Shown here in pieces: positions 41,211 to 55,267 of a stretch of DNA of 64,000 bases. Origin of the DNA: Guillardia theta CCMP2712 (taxonomy: Eukaryota > Protista > Cryptophyta). Position 1 is the first letter of the stretch. Each line of letters starts with the position of its first letter. The position numbers and the translations under genes were made by a program. Location of the stretch: NCBI RefSeq assembly GCF_000315625.1, contig NW_005434655.1, positions 892,672 through 956,671 on the forward strand. The letters run 5' to 3'. The notes under the pieces are model-generated. The model was given only the letters and a program-made list of their open reading frames with translations. It was not told the DNA's origin and did not search any database.

Positions 41211-41864
41211 TGTGCAGGAGTAAATTACCAGGGAACTGCTGACATGTCGGAGGTTGCTTAAAATAGATTTAATACTATATAAGGTTTTTGTGTTCTTTTA
41301 ATATATATATACAGACTCACAGTTGGTCACAAGATCATTGCTTCGAAAACTCCGTGCCAGTCAAATCAGAAATTGTGTTATCTACTTCAAAGTTTCAAAA
41401 ACTCAAAGCGAGACAATTTCAAAGATAATAAAGCAATTTCAATCTTCAGAATTGCCTGTCAGTGCTGGGGTCACGTTACTATATCAGATATCGGAGTCAC
41501 TTACAGGAAGAAGAGTCGCAAGCAAAAGGGCACACTCGGATCATAGGATAATGACGGACGGGGGCCGGCCCGGGCCGGCCCGCGGGGCGCTGCGGGGGGT
41601 TCAAGTTGCCCGGCCCGGCCGGGTCCGCGGCGCGCCGTAAGACACAGTTTTTGCTCAAGACAGATTTTTTGCCAAGTTGTCAAGTTGTCTGACTGAGTCT
41701 GAGCCTCCGTGTTTCGAACGCCGCCGGGTGACTACGGCATGGTCGGCCGTCAGACTCGATTGCCAGTTGACTCCGAGCCAGTGTTCCGGAACGGTCCGTC
41801 ACCGGCGGGTGGAAGAGTCACGGGCCGGGTCACAGTGTCACTAACGCCGCGGACTCGGGCCGGG

Positions 41865-41951
41865 GTTTGGCTCGGAACTTCGGAAACTTGGCCGCCGTCA
41901 GTCACAGCCCGGCCCGGCCTGAGGCCAAGTTTCCGAAGTTCCGAGCCAAAC
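41865..41951. repeat. Perfect 29-bp inverted repeat with 29-nt spacer
   Basis: GTTTGGCTCGGAACTTCGGAAACTTGGCC (41865-41893) and its reverse complement (41923-41951). Confidence 0.9.
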
Positions 41952-42573
41952 TCAGAGTCACGCCAAGTTTCCGAAGTTCCCTAAACCCGGCGTTTGAACC
42001 GTTGAACCCTAAACCGTTTGAACCGTTGAACGGACTCCGGGACGGTCCGATCCCGGCGCACTCAGACTGCGAACCGGTCACGGTGGTCCGTTTATGTGGT
42101 TTCAATAGTATTGTCATAAACAATACAAAACATAGAACTTGAAATTTGCAGAGTTTATTGCACTGAGTATCATAGTGCGCCAGGGCATGCATGCGGCGGT
42201 TTCGTGATGTAACCGGCAGGCATTTGTAGTAGGTTTGCCCTTCTTTTTCAGTCAATAAAGGGGATCGTAGTAACCATCTTGCAGGAAGTTGCCATGGTTG
42301 CCTGCGGTAAAGATGGTGGAGAAGATTCAAGCAATAAAGACAAAAGGGAGATGAGGCAGAAGTGAAGGGAATCCAAATGGACCCTCTGCTGGGCATGACT
42401 CAAGGTCAATGTCCCCCTCACAGCAATTAGCAAGATATTTCTGCGCAAGGCATTCGACGAGATCTGGCCCAGAAAATTGGAACAGATCCTTGTCGTATCT
42501 CGCTTTGGGTTGGTGTACCCGTAACTCAAAACAATTTCCACTCGACGAGTAAGGAACATCAAGATAGGTTGAA

Positions 42574-44776
42574 ATGGAGAAGGAGGATGAACCGCGTTGG
42601 AAAACTCCGGAGGTCAATGATGGTAGAATCCTTGTAGCTCGCCGCAACCTTCGGATCCATCAGAGAAATCACAGCTGGGGAAGTGAGCAATACCTGCAGA
42701 AGGCCAGCAGTAACAAAGGATTTGATTTTAGTCAGCTCGACTTGGACCAGCTTGACGATGAAACTGAAGGAGATCAGCCTCGTGATGCTAAGACAAGCAT
42801 CGGAGGATCGAGCGAGGAGGAGGAGGAGAGGCCGCCTTCAAGAAGATGGGAGCCTTCTTCTTCGCTGCACTGCATCTGCATGGTCTCAGACTTCTTCTAC
42901 CCTGACGCGGGAGGAGTTGAGAACCACATGTACATGCTCAGCCAGTGCCTCCTTCAGCTCGGCCACAAAGTGATAGTTGTGACACGAGCCAGAGGTAACA
43001 GGCAGGGGGTCAGGTGGCTCACCAACGGGCTAAAGGTCTACTATCTGCCTCTCATGCCCATGCCCGACGTCTTCTCCTCTGGACGAGTGACCTTGCCGAC
43101 ACTGTTCAGCTCGTGGCCCATCTTTCGCTTCATCTGCATACGAGAGCGAGTGACCATCGTCCATGGACACCAGGCGTTCAGCATCATCTGCCATGAGAGT
43201 TTGATGCATGCAGGAACAATGGGGCTAAAAGTGATCTTCACTGATCATTCTCTCTTCGGCTTCTCTGACCCTTCAGCTATTCACATGAACAAGGTCCTCA
43301 ACTTCACTTTATCTTGCATCAACCACGTTATCTGCGTGTCGCACACAAGCAAGGAAAACACAGTTCTGCGAGCTAGCATCGAGCCATCGCACGTTTCCGT
43401 CATCCCAAATGCGGTAGACACATCAGTGTTCACTCCGAACCCCACGGCGAGGAAGAGCAACTGCATTACCATCGTTTGCATAACACGGCTGGTCTACCGC
43501 AAAGGAGTCGACCTGATGGTGGAGATAATTCCTTCCATCTGCCAGCAGTTCGAGCATGTCAACTTTGTCATCGGTAAGGGTGCTCGTGTCTGCTCTTTTG
43601 GTGAGTGGTGACGGCAGGTGGCGACGGGCCGATGAGGGTGGCGCTAGAACAAATGCGGGAGAACCATCAGCTACAGGACCGGGTAGAAATGCTGGGACAC
43701 GTGCGGCACACCGACGTGCGGAATGTGCTTGTGCGAGGACACATTTACCTCAACTGCTCGCTGACTGAAGCATTCTGCATCGCAATCCTTGAAGCTGCCA
43801 GCTGCGGGCTGCTGGTTGTGAGCACGAGAGTGGGAGGAGTGCCAGAAGTAATGCCCTCACACATGATCAAGTATGCTTCACCTGACGCAAACTCCCTCAT
43901 CGAGGTAATGCAGCAGATAATCGTGATGCAGATGATGACGATGATGATATGGAGGAGGAGGAGGAGGAGTAGCACGAGGAAAGAATGCCTTGAAAAAAAA
44001 GTTATTTGAGATATGCATTTTTGACATTTCTTGTAGGTACTCAAGGTTGCGATCAGCAAGGTGAAGGGCTACAATCACAAAATTTAATCTCACCCACGGC
44101 TTTGATAGGATGTGAAGGAGGTTGTGCCATCCGAGTTTCACGCCAAGTGATTGTTGTGATCGCATGAAATTTCTTTCATAACCTTTTGTCAGCATCAAGA
44201 AGATGTATTCGTGGCATGATGTAGCCAAAAGGACTTGTAAAGTCTACGACCGGGTGGTGCAAGACAAGCCGAAGCCATTGCTGGAGAGGCTCAAGAGGTG
44301 CCATTCCCGAGGTGATCTTCGTATTTCGTTCATTTCGTTTCTGGTCACCAACGCCCCCCCCCTTCGCTTTTGTCTCCTTTCCTCTGCATTACCTGGCCTC
44401 ATCTGCTCCTTCAGCACTTCATTGCTTTTGCGTTTGCTTTCACATCCTTGTATCCTTCTCTCTGGCTACCGCAAAGAGATCATTTTCGGTTCCGTACTCA
44501 ATGGTATCTCAGGTCCATTTTTCGGCATCTTGATTGCTTTTCTCGTTGCTGTTGATTTCATAGTTTGGCAAATTATGTGAGGTTTATAGATGGTTTGCGC
44601 CTAACAACTCAATTCGTTTCAAGTTGTTGGATATACCCTGAGGAAGATATTGAGATCGCTGTGGACTACCCCTATCATCACAACGTGTCGTCCCTTTTCT
44701 TGGTTTCGTCTGCCTGACCAGTTGTTCTTTAGGTTAATAAGCAAAAGCAAAGCACAAAGCCTATCGAGCGCATGTG
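42574..44776 (+). CDS. PIGA: Phosphatidylinositol N-acetylglucosaminyltransferase subunit A (GPI anchor biosynthesis), multi-exon
   Basis: [95 protein letters not shown]. Confidence 0.95.
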
Positions 44777-44958
44777 AAATATTTCTTCTCCTCTCCCTCC
44801 TCCTTCTTCAAAACCATGTTCTGCTCCTCCTTTTTGTCCGTGTTGTCGATACCCTCCTTTGTCTCCTCCACCCTCGTTGCCGTTGTTGTGATAGTCATGA
44901 TCATTACCATTACCACCACCGCCACTACCACCAACATCAGGCTCCTTTCTTTGAACAC

Positions 44959-45647
44959 ATGAATGCCCAACACGGCCTTCTTTGCTTTCTTGGTTTGATG
45001 TTGTTATGACTTGCCTGACAGAAAAGACGCGCCTCGTTCGGAAGCACCTCAAGCTTTACCCCCGTGAGCCCCATCAGCTGTTCTTGCTTGGGCTGACCTC
45101 CAATGGCAGTCAGAGACCTCAGGCTAGGAGAGCACTTGTGGGCATGTTTGAGGAACAAGGTTCAGACAATCCACTTGCAGTCCTTTCTTTGACTCTCTCG
45201 CAGTCAACGGAAGGGATGGAGAGGATCTTCTTCCACCTGTCAGGGCAGGTTGGTCGAGCCAAGAGGTGAAGAAGGTCAACTCAGAGGAAGCGATCTCGTC
45301 CTCGTCGTCAGGTAGTGCATGCTTCATTTGGATCTGTACTCACAGAGATGAAGATGCGGATTTTGACGATGGAGAGGAGGGGACAAGAGGTGATTCTCGT
45401 TTCAACTTCCTGTTGGTTTACCGAATTCTTAGATTTGCTGGACACAAGCCTTGGACGCGACGAGGATGATACCAGGGGAGGTGGGAAAAAAGTCGGAACC
45501 GAATCTGAGCATGAGGGGATGGTGAGAGGTTTTAAGGATGGAGAGACGAAGGAGGGATTAAGAGAAGGAGACGGCATTCAAGCCTCACTTCATGAACCGG
45601 GCTGGAAGAAGTTTCTCGGGCCCGTTGCAAACAATCGGGAGTACTAA
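44959..45647 (+). CDS. Possible small multi-exon hypothetical protein
   Basis: Coding-like segments with plausible splice sites, ending WKKFLGPVANNREY*. Confidence 0.3.
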
Positions 45648-45779
45648 AGAATATTTTGAAACGAACATCACTACACTTTTACAGATAAAAGACACAAGAA
45701 AAAAATCAGCTTCATACATCAACCAACTAAACTTGAACGATCGATCCAATGCACAAAAGCCATTACAAGAGGAAGAGTT

Positions 45780-48077
45780 TCAGCGGAACGCAAGGGTGTC
45801 AAGGGCGACAGCAAGAACCCAAGCGCAGCTGAGATAGATGAGGGTCCTGCAGACCCTGCCAGTGGTTCGACATGATACACTTCATTCCCACCTTATGCTA
45901 CAAGTCTCCCTCCCCTCTCTCATGGCCTCGTGCCCTCTGAGCGGTTTCCACCAAGAACGCCTTCCAGCTGCTTCGGGTCTCTTGCGCTTAACCCGTTGCT
46001 AAGCTGGAGAGGAGCTGAACCGGAGTCGTCGAGTCCATAAGCTGCCTGCATGGCCAGGCTCGAAGTCATGACCTCAGCCTGCATCACAGCCATGGTCCCT
46101 CCACCGCCCGTTCCTGAGAACGCCTCCATCTCCTGGTCATCTTCTCCGACGTCTTCGACCACTTCAACTGGTTCACGGATGGAGGAGACGTCTGCGTCCT
46201 CTTTTGGCACTACTCCTATCAGTCGCCGATGTAGAGTGATCTCGATTTCCCCCCTATATGGTCCTCGAAGAAGTCCCTGTAACAATGCCGACGTCAGCAG
46301 TTTCATCTCACACTCACCCTGCCTAACTTTCTTCTCATAGCTCTACTGATTTCCTTCAACTTCCGCAGTCTTCAATTCCTTCTCCCTACTCGCGATTCTT
46401 TTCTACTCAAGAGATCAGAACTAGATAAACTACCCGAACAAAGCCTCTACTTGCTACATTTTTCTCCGCTGTTCCTCCTCCCTCTCCTCATCTTACCAGC
46501 GTGACTGGGGTTCCTGGTTCTCCTGCACATCGTCGCAGCACATGTTCAGGCAGCCAAACAGGGAAGTTATCCACACTCGTGATAACATCACCAACTTCCA
46601 CCCCTCCCACTTGAGCCGGCATTCCAACCAACAGCCCCATCACTACCACCTCCCCCCTGTGCGTGACGTTCAGCCGCAGCCCTATGCCCACCAGAGAAAC
46701 AAGCTCAGGCCCTCCTTCATACTGGTTTGCACTTTCTTCTAACTTGCCAGGACGACCAACGATGCGTGTGATGGTTTTCTTAGGAGGGTCCAACCCCATC
46801 TGCTCAGCATCTGCCCTTGATATTCTCACTGGTTGCATGCTCCAAGTGTTCTTGCGCACCCTTCGGACGTATCGCTCAACATCTGTAGGGTCGGGATCCG
46901 GAATTCTTCCACGATCGGTCCAAGTGCCCAGAAACAACGGGAGACCGTCACCGTAATCTACCTCTCTGTCAGCCTCAATAATCTCTCCTCCCCACGCATC
47001 ATGCCACGGGCGTCCGTGTATCACACTATCGTAAATTTCCATGGCAGCCAAGTGAGCTTCGTTTCCTGCAACGAAGGCACTTTTGTTGTCTTTGATCAAA
47101 CATGCTTGCACTGTCATTTTTGCTTCCTCGTCGACCATGAGACCTCCTATCTTACAACCTTGAATCGTACAACCGTTGACTTCCACTACGCTGGCATGGC
47201 ATGCACTGATTCCGATATATTCAGTATTTTCTACCAGACAATCTTCAATGCAGACTTGTGACAGTTGCCAGCATAAGACACCCCACCCCGACAGACTGGA
47301 GCTATCAGTCAACCCTCCCAGGGTGCATCGTCTCATGTGCGCGTCTGGGCCCGGAAAATGATCAACAATTTTACCACCTCCTCGGTAACTGTCATCAAAG
47401 ACATACTTCCCTCCACAGCACCAGACGGCCTTGCTGAATTCTCCCGTGCACCGTATCTCGCACTCTTCAACTAACCAAGCACCACCTTCCAAAAAAAGAC
47501 AAAAATCGTGTACAGTCGGTTCCTGATACCAAATTCTCATCAGTTGTAAAGTCCCCCCGCCTTCTTCAGGCTTCCATGTTTCTATGTCGACTGGCTGCTG
47601 CAGCACCACCTTTCCTTTCAACAAGGGCTTTTCGCTGCCCGCCAGATCTCCTTGCAACAACAATTTCTTGTTGATCTCAATCTCCGGTCTGAAGTGCTTG
47701 GGTTCATTGCCGTGAAATAGTCCCCCTTTGATTAAGTGCTCTCCAATCTGATGTTCACCTTCTCGTAAGGTAATTACCTGAAACAATGTCATTTCTTCAC
47801 TCAAACTCCAACAACTTACATCTGGACTTCCAGCTGCTTGAAATGCTTCATTCAGTGTTGGAAAGTGATCCGGAACCAGAACCCCAATGCTTTTCTTCGG
47901 ATGAAAGGATGCTGAACTTCCAGTACCCTCAAACGAATTCCCCAAAGAATTAACTGGTCCGGTCGAGCCCAAGCTGAAATCATAAAGGTCGCTCACCACA
48001 GCTAAAAGAAGGAAGATGGGAAGATGCCATCCGGAAGGCAGTCTTCGCCTTCTTGCAAACTTATGCTGCATTTGCAT
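45780..48077 (-). CDS. Signal-peptide right-handed beta-helix protein with PDZ domain, multi-exon at 3' end
   Basis: Leader IFLLLAVVS, then VPDHFPTLNEA, GGAWLVEECEIRC and repeated VxVxxCxIxxC units. PDZ: VGIGLRL..GMPA..GVEVGDVITSVD..GEPGTPVTL. Confidence 0.75.
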
Positions 48078-48836
48078 CTTTCCCGGCCTGCTGACTCTGA
48101 ATTCTCACAAATTCTATCTCAGGTCAATCAAAGCCTGTTCAACTTGAGATTCCTGTCTTCGACAATCAAAGCCGACTTGCCGTCCAGTGAAAACCAGGAG
48201 GGCTGTCAGGAAAGGTGGGGGGGACAGCGCCCCCCCCCTCAGTAAGTGCTGAAGAGAGCGGCTGTCCAACTCTTGTCGCTCGTCTAGGCTTCAAGATCCT
48301 GTTCTCCTGTGCAATCGAGCCCTTGGGCTGTATGTACTTTCAGCAAACTTTCAACATCAGTTCCTAGAGTGTCTTGTGGATTTTCGAAGCTTCAAGATCG
48401 ATATTAAATGTATCGAGTAAGTTTGATGCCGACCTTCCAAATCTGTTACTTCCAACTCGTATCACTACAAAACAACTCCTGACGCACGAGCAGATGTCGG
48501 AGTAGAGACTGCTCGCCTTGAAAGGAACAAACAATCAAAAGCAAGACGGAAATGCTCTATAGAAGTGAAGGAGGAAGAGCAGAGGCGAAGGAGCGGCTCT
48601 GCTACCACGCGCGGCTCTTCTACCATTGTGGCCTCCCTCCTCTCCCGCCATCCTCTCCCGCTGGTTGCGCCCGCAGCTGCGGCAGGGATGGTGGTCTGAG
48701 TGGGACTGAGGGGCTGAGCGCTAGAAACCGAGCCGGGCCGGGCCTCCCCGGGTCACGGCAGGTCACTGCAAGGTCACCGGTTGAGCCTGAAAATGGCTGT
48801 GGGAGTACAAGCAATAGAGCAAGCGCTGATGTGAGT

Positions 48837-49032
48837 GGGAGGAGGGAGGAGGGAGGAGGGAGGAGGGAGGAGGGAGGAGGGAGGAGGGAGGAGGGAGGAG
48901 GGAGGAGGGAGGAGGGAGGAGGGAGGAGGGAGGAGGGAGGAGGGAGGAGGGAGGAGGGAGGAGGGAGGAGGGAGGAGGGAGGAGGGAGGAGGGAGGAGAG
49001 AGGAGGGAGGAGGGAGGAGGGAGGAGGGAGGG
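48837..49032. repeat. (GGAGGGA)n heptamer microsatellite
   Basis: About 27 units of a pure purine repeat. Confidence 0.95.
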
Positions 49033-49081
49033 AAGAGAAGGGGATGGAAGCATGAGATATTTCTGGTAATACAATGTTGAG

Positions 49082-51960
49082 ATGATGGCGAAGGGCTCAT
49101 GTTTGTGTGTGAGTGAAAACTTGCCAGGGATCACCCTCATCATATTCTCGAAGCACTCTTCTCCTGGCAGACTCTTGGAAATGCTGCGATGAAGGCATGC
49201 ACACTTGCAGACATCTGTAGGCCTCTGATGTAGTGTCACAGGTGGGATGCTTTGAAAGGGCTGCGACGGCCTACCAAAAGATGCTCCAACTTTCGGCTTC
49301 GAACCGACAGCTAGTAGATTCTCTTTGAATCTTCTCTTGATGAACTCAAAGTGCATCCCTGGAACAGGCTGCATGGGAAGGTGCCGCGCACGCAAACTTG
49401 GGATGTCTTGCCATCCTGACGGGACAGGAAAGAATTTCATGGTGAAAAAGCTGGAGAATTGACTGATTGATAGGTGACAGTTGCAAAAGTTCATTTCGAA
49501 CAAGAAGAATCTTGTGCAAGCAAGTGCAATAGAAGCGAGTGGGTGCTCAAGGCAAGGTGATACTGTGAGGTCAAGGTGTCGTGATGTTCTAATTCACTGC
49601 AAATCAGAAGGAAACATGAGATTGCAAACACTATGCTCCTTCTTGGAATAATGAATCAGGTAACACGAATCCGAAGAGTCCATATGCTGACAGCAATCGT
49701 AAGGAAACTTCGGGTCAAGGTGTTGAGCTGAATGGTTAGGTTTTGATAATTTGTTTCCCAAACTTATTGTCACTCAAAGAAACTTCCGAGATCCAAGAGA
49801 GGTTACAGAATTTCAGCAAGCTCACTGCCGATAGTAGCAGTGGTTTGATCGGTTGCCATTCGTGTCGCTCCAATATTCTATGCCTGATTGTAAGCAGATG
49901 CAGAAAGGATCGCGTTTTTTGCACGATCCGTTCAGGTTATCCTGCCCTTCTCGATCATGGAGTTTGACGGATTATTCGAAGAAACATGCAAGGTTAAGGA
50001 ATGTTGTAGAATCGACGCGTAGAAGGATCAGCGATGGCAATGCATCAAACTCGGTTGCCGGAATATCAAAGATTGCATCGTTTGATCTCATGCAAATAGG
50101 CGGATGTCCTTCCAGTGTTGACCTACTTCCGTGCTCTTACAGACGCACATGGGAGGAGGAGAGTGCAGGCTACGGCCTGCAATGATCTTGGTTCTTGTTT
50201 TTCATCATGCTCAGTTGTAACATCTGCTGCAGGACATGCGCTAAGCACCATTGGTGATGATGAGCTGAGCATAGCTTGGCATAAGAAAGCATTGAGACAT
50301 CACTTGTCCATCGATGATGTTTGATATGCTTGGATCCTGATTGACTTGTGATGATTTGAGATTAGATTGAGGGCATTGAGACTGACATTGATTACTTGCT
50401 CTCTTTGTTTACTCGTCTCGGTTGGTGCACGTGTAGGAATTTTCTTTCTCTGACGTAATGGTTTAAGATGCACACCAAATGCGCCTGAAACAATGGATTG
50501 AAGTGAAGCAAAGAATTAGGTGTGGATGGATATCCCTTCGTTGTGTAGAAGTGGATGTTTGTTTGTCAATCATTCACTTCTCGCTGCCTCTCATTGACAT
50601 CACGTTTCAGCTCTTCGCAAGGATCCTCCTATCGAGACGTTTTGAACCTCATACGATCGATGATTAATGACACCAAGGTAGTTTGTGCAGCATTGGAATG
50701 TTAAGTGGTCTTGACTCGTTTCTGATAGTTGGACTCCTCTAACAGTACACCTACGGCAGATCAGTCCGAGGTAGAACAGCTGGAAGCAAACAAGATTTCC
50801 AATGTTGTTTTTGTATTGCACGTCTAAAATGTAACTTGATTTTTATACTTCAGAGGGCCAGCGAAGATGCTCTTTCTGCGCAGCAAACTTGGAATGCTGT
50901 CACGCCAAGTTCGTCCTCAGTATCAAATTCGGAGGTGGCATTTACAGCAGGAAGTTTAGACGGATGGGAAGCACAGGGTCCTCCAGAGCGCTCGTCTAGT
51001 CGAGGAAGCATTCCAAGGGCCGAGTGCATCGTGATCAACCAGGACATACATCACCTTCAGATGCACTCCTCAAGCGAGTCCTCCTTCATTCCGTCAGCCG
51101 TGAACTCCTCTTTTGTTAACTTGCCGCATTGGACGAGACATGAAGGATATCTGAAGCAGGTATTCAACTGTCCTTGTGGCAGATATTGCAATGCTCGAGT
51201 GTTATACATGCATACAATGGTTTTGCTGATTGCATCATGACAATGGGAACTACCCCGTATACCCTTTCACCCTGCTCCTGATTGATTTTACGAAATGTGT
51301 CTTTGGTTTGTTATTTGCTTCTGAGCAGCGTGAGCAGAAAGTCGGAATTTTGAACACTTGGAAGGAAAGGAGGGTCGTCGCTTCACTTGGCATTCTGGAA
51401 ATTTACAGGAGTGCAGACAGGACTAACGGTCATTGACGTCGAGACACTTTCTGCGTCTCATTTCAAGGGCAGGAAAGCAAGTGAATGATAGGCAAGGAGC
51501 AACTCCAGCAGTCGACAACAGCATCACCCTCAGAGTGACCAGTAATGGACATGGTTATCCTTGCTTATGGGACTTCACAGGCGGAGCTAAGAGACTGTGC
51601 GGTCCTTTCAAAGCAGTTTGGAAGACAGGTGGTGTTGGGCAGCCCTTTCACCTTTGACTTGCCCCTCCAGCACTTCGGGATCGAAGTAAAACTTCACAAC
51701 GGCAACAAGATCCACTTTGCGGCGCAGGGGTAGTGGCTGACAACGACAAATCGTCCGTTTCACTGATTTGCAATTAGGGTGATGGAACAATCGAGATGGA
51801 TTGAAGTCATACAGATGCAATCTTCGAACTGGTGCGAGGGAATGGCTTGTCTGTACAGTTGATTGATGTGATATGCACAGGCATACCAATGCTCGACATT
51901 CTGTTCGATGATATCGACATCTTTACGACATCAACTATTGCAATTACATGAGCATTAGTT
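49082..51960 (+). CDS. TPR-like + C-terminal PH-domain protein, many short exons
   Basis: TPR-like ATACNDL-GHALSTIGDDELSIAWHKKAL. PH-like HEGYLKQ..NTWKERR..ILAY..FGIEVKL..IHFAA..EQSRWIEVIQ. The ends are uncertain. Confidence 0.55.
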
Positions 51961-52081
51961 TAGCTTTCCCAACATGTAATGCTAGCTAAATTTATTTCTC
52001 AAACAAGATAGCGGGGGAGGTCTCAGTCATTCTCTTTTATGAACGACTTGAAGCACATTCTCAGAAATCATGGATTTTTGT

Positions 52082-52940
52082 TCAGTCACTGTTGCTGTCG
52101 TACCTTCCTGAGTGAAAATCAGACAGACGGACGGGACCAGATTCCTTGCGTTTCTCTTCCTTCTTTTTCTTCTTCCTCTGCCCCTGTCACGATCAAACAG
52201 TCAATACAACTGAAGGAATACTAGGAGGGATACTACATCATCATCACTGTCACTGCTGCTGCTGCTGCTGCTGCTGTCACTGCTGCTGTCGCTGCTGGTT
52301 GACGCATCTCGCTTTCGTTTCTTGGCTCCACTATCTGCTTCGGATCCCCTGTATCCACTCCATAAGGTTGTAAAGTTTGAACGAGCGCGAATGCCTGCTG
52401 GCCTCAGCTTTCTTCTTCTGCTCCTTCTTTTCACGCTTGAGCCGCTTCTTCTCTCTCTTCTTCTCCTTCTTGTCTTTTTTCTCCTTCTTCGACTTTTTGT
52501 CCTACAAACACTGTCAGTGCAGGTTGACTCTGGGGTAAGTGAAAACCTTCTTGCTCTTTCCTGTTAAGTGTTTGTTATTCATACCTTTAGAAAGCTGCAA
52601 GTGTGAATTCGCACTAGATCAGCTGTCATACATGGCGATCTTACCTTGCGATTTCGCTCCTCATCTAGAAGTCTGCGGTAGTCCGCTTGTTCCTTCTCAA
52701 TACCAGACCCAAGCCGATCTGAAAGTTGCTCTTTGTGTTTTTCTTTGAAGTCTTCCCAGGACATCCTTGGCTTTCGGTTGATTAGCGACTCGATGTACTT
52801 CTGCTCGAACTCCGAGGTATGCCTGGTTCCATTGTCGTCCTGCCTTCATTGTAACTAGCCGTCGGTTCAGAGTTACCTCACAGGATAATCTTCCTCGGCC
52901 TCCTGGCTGTTGAATTGCGGCTTCTTCGACGTTCGCCCCA
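52082..52940 (-). CDS. FAM133-like protein, multi-exon
   Basis: HTSEFEQKYIESL..MSWEDFKEK..YRRLLDEERNRK, a Lys/Ser-rich middle and terminal GPVRLSDF, as in plant-type FAM133. Confidence 0.7.
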
Positions 52941-53182
52941 TGGCTAGAATGAGAAGGTGGAGGAGGGGGCAGTCAAGACGGCAGCCTGTCGCAGGACGAG
53001 GAGAGGAGGCGACAAGAACTACAAGTCTCAGTTGCTGCTCGCCATGAGAAAGATATGGCTGCCACAAAAAATTGCCGCAATGGGGTTCTTGATCTTTTCT
53101 TGATGGGACAACCAGGGGTGGGTCCCGTTTGAGCAGGTAGGGATGGTATATCAGGGGGTGGTGGGTCTGGTGGTCGATCGGA

Positions 53183-54950
53183 GTGGCAGGCTGCGAGATG
53201 GTGGAGGGGATGTTGAACTCGATGGGAGACAATGAAGCCATGCTAGAGAGGAGAAGGCGAGAATCTTCACGTGAGAGGAAAGACGACTTAGAAACCCCCC
53301 CGTCAAGATCAAGAGCATATGGTGATGAAGATGATATTGAGGTGAGTTTTCGGACACCTGTTCGATGGTATGATTTGCTTTCAGGTAGATTGTTATGGTC
53401 CAAAAAGGAGACAAGGATCAAGGAAATCACGGATGTTAATCTTGACAGTAATCTTGGCTCTCTTTGTTGTCCTTATTTTTTCCCCCCTTTTCCTCGAGCT
53501 GGTTGGGTAAGGATATTTCCATCTTGTCGGGAGATTCCTAGATTCAAAGTCTTCTTTAGGTACAAGGATCTAACTTCAAAAATCGTGCTTTGGATTATGG
53601 GAAAGCAAGTACTTCAATCAAACTTTTGAGCAATATTAAATGAAAATCCAAAGTTTGATATCATGGTACAATGTATACAAGCGAGTAAATCAAGTTTGAA
53701 ATTGTTTCAGCATCCTCATGGTGTTGGACGTAGAGAAGATGTTGGAAAGAATCTTGACAATTGGGTTTCATTGCTACCTCCCCCTGTAAGAGATAAATGC
53801 CTTGGTCGAATCTTGCCCTTCAAAATTTCCCCAGGCGCGAACTTACTCGTAGTAGATGTGACATGCGGCTGGAAGCTGCTTCTGAACAATGAATGTCCGG
53901 CCAAATTTGCCGGGATCTTCGCCATCTTTGAGATTTGGGGAGTCTTAGTTTTAGTGACAAACATGATTCTTGGCTGGATGTCAATTGGTTGCATCTGGAC
54001 TTCATGCTGTGACGGAAATCCTCACTCATGTGCCAGCATGATAGTTGACAAAACTTCACCTCAGATTGACGCCCGTTTGCGAAAGTTTGATTGCTTTGCA
54101 AGCTAAAGCCAAGTCTTCCTTCACTCCTGGTTCTGCCAGCGTCTAAGAGACAGTTTACGGAAGCGGCGAAGAAAAGCGTACGGAATTAGCTTCGATCGCG
54201 TGTTTTTGGAAAGCGCGTCGAGAGATCCCCTGCTGCAGGAGATTTTTGCCAAGTTCGTCATCTATAGCATTCAGTCACAACGGATCAAACACACCTGCAG
54301 GCACAATGTCTTTCCATGTCAACATCACCTGCGAACGAAGCACGTCCTCAGATGTGCGCATTCGTATCACAATGCTGACGGGTTCATCTGCTTTCCCAGA
54401 TACTCTGTTGGGTGCGCTCCGCCATCCTTGTCTATATGGTAGACTCAAAAAAGAGAGAACTTTTGAGACTTTTACGTGTGAACCTGTACGAGAAGGCGCT
54501 ATTCAGATGATCGGGCGAGGATTCAATCACGCTAATCTGAGCGAGTGCGCAATTGTCCGGTATTGCCTTACTAGCTTCAATGCTGACATCTATCGAACTT
54601 GATTTTTGTGAGGCCTCAACATGCACGTGTTTCTCTTGGTTTTCATTATGATCATGGAGAGATTGATTGAAAGGTCTTCCAATGACATTTGACACCCTTG
54701 TTCCTGTTGCTTGAAGTTTAAGAAGCTGCCCGCCCCGTCCATGTTTCATCTTTTCATCGCTGTTTGTGGTGATGATTCAACATTTGATAAAAAAAGAAAA
54801 AAGATGTTGAAGACTGGCAATAAAGATACCTTACCTGTATCTTGCATGCAGCAAAACGGCCACATCCATGCCAGCGGTTGCGTAATGGCGTGCTGCTTGA
54901 CTCATGAAGAACTTGGCAGATGAAAACCAGGGCCTCGATCGTTGTTCAAA
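53183..54950 (+). CDS. Hypothetical multi-exon protein
   Basis: Succession of short coding-like exons. No domain recognised. Confidence 0.35.
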
Positions 54951-55222
54951 AAAGCTTACAGTGATCGGGGAGTCACAGTCTTCGCTTCGTTCAGAGACTA
55001 CGTGAGATTCGATGCCGATTCACTGGTAGTAGCCTGCCGCCACACGAGCCGCAGCAAGGCACTGGCCGCAGCCTTCAGAACTCGGAACGACGCCGCCGCC
55101 GTGACCGTCGGTCAGGTCCGTCACACCGTGCCGCGTGTGCCACCATCTTGTCGGAGCAGCCAGCAGAGCCTACAAACGGCGGTACCGTACGGTACTACTC
55201 AGTACCTCCCGGACTCCGGGAG

Positions 55223-55267
55223 TCCTGATTTTTAACTTAACTTTGAGTAAAGATTGTCCTCGTACTG
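55223..55267 (-). repeat. Dispersed repeat family, inverted and permuted partial copy
   Basis: The reverse complement reads CAGTACGAGGACAATC-TTTACTCAAAGTTAAGTTAAAAATCAGGA. Confidence 0.7.
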
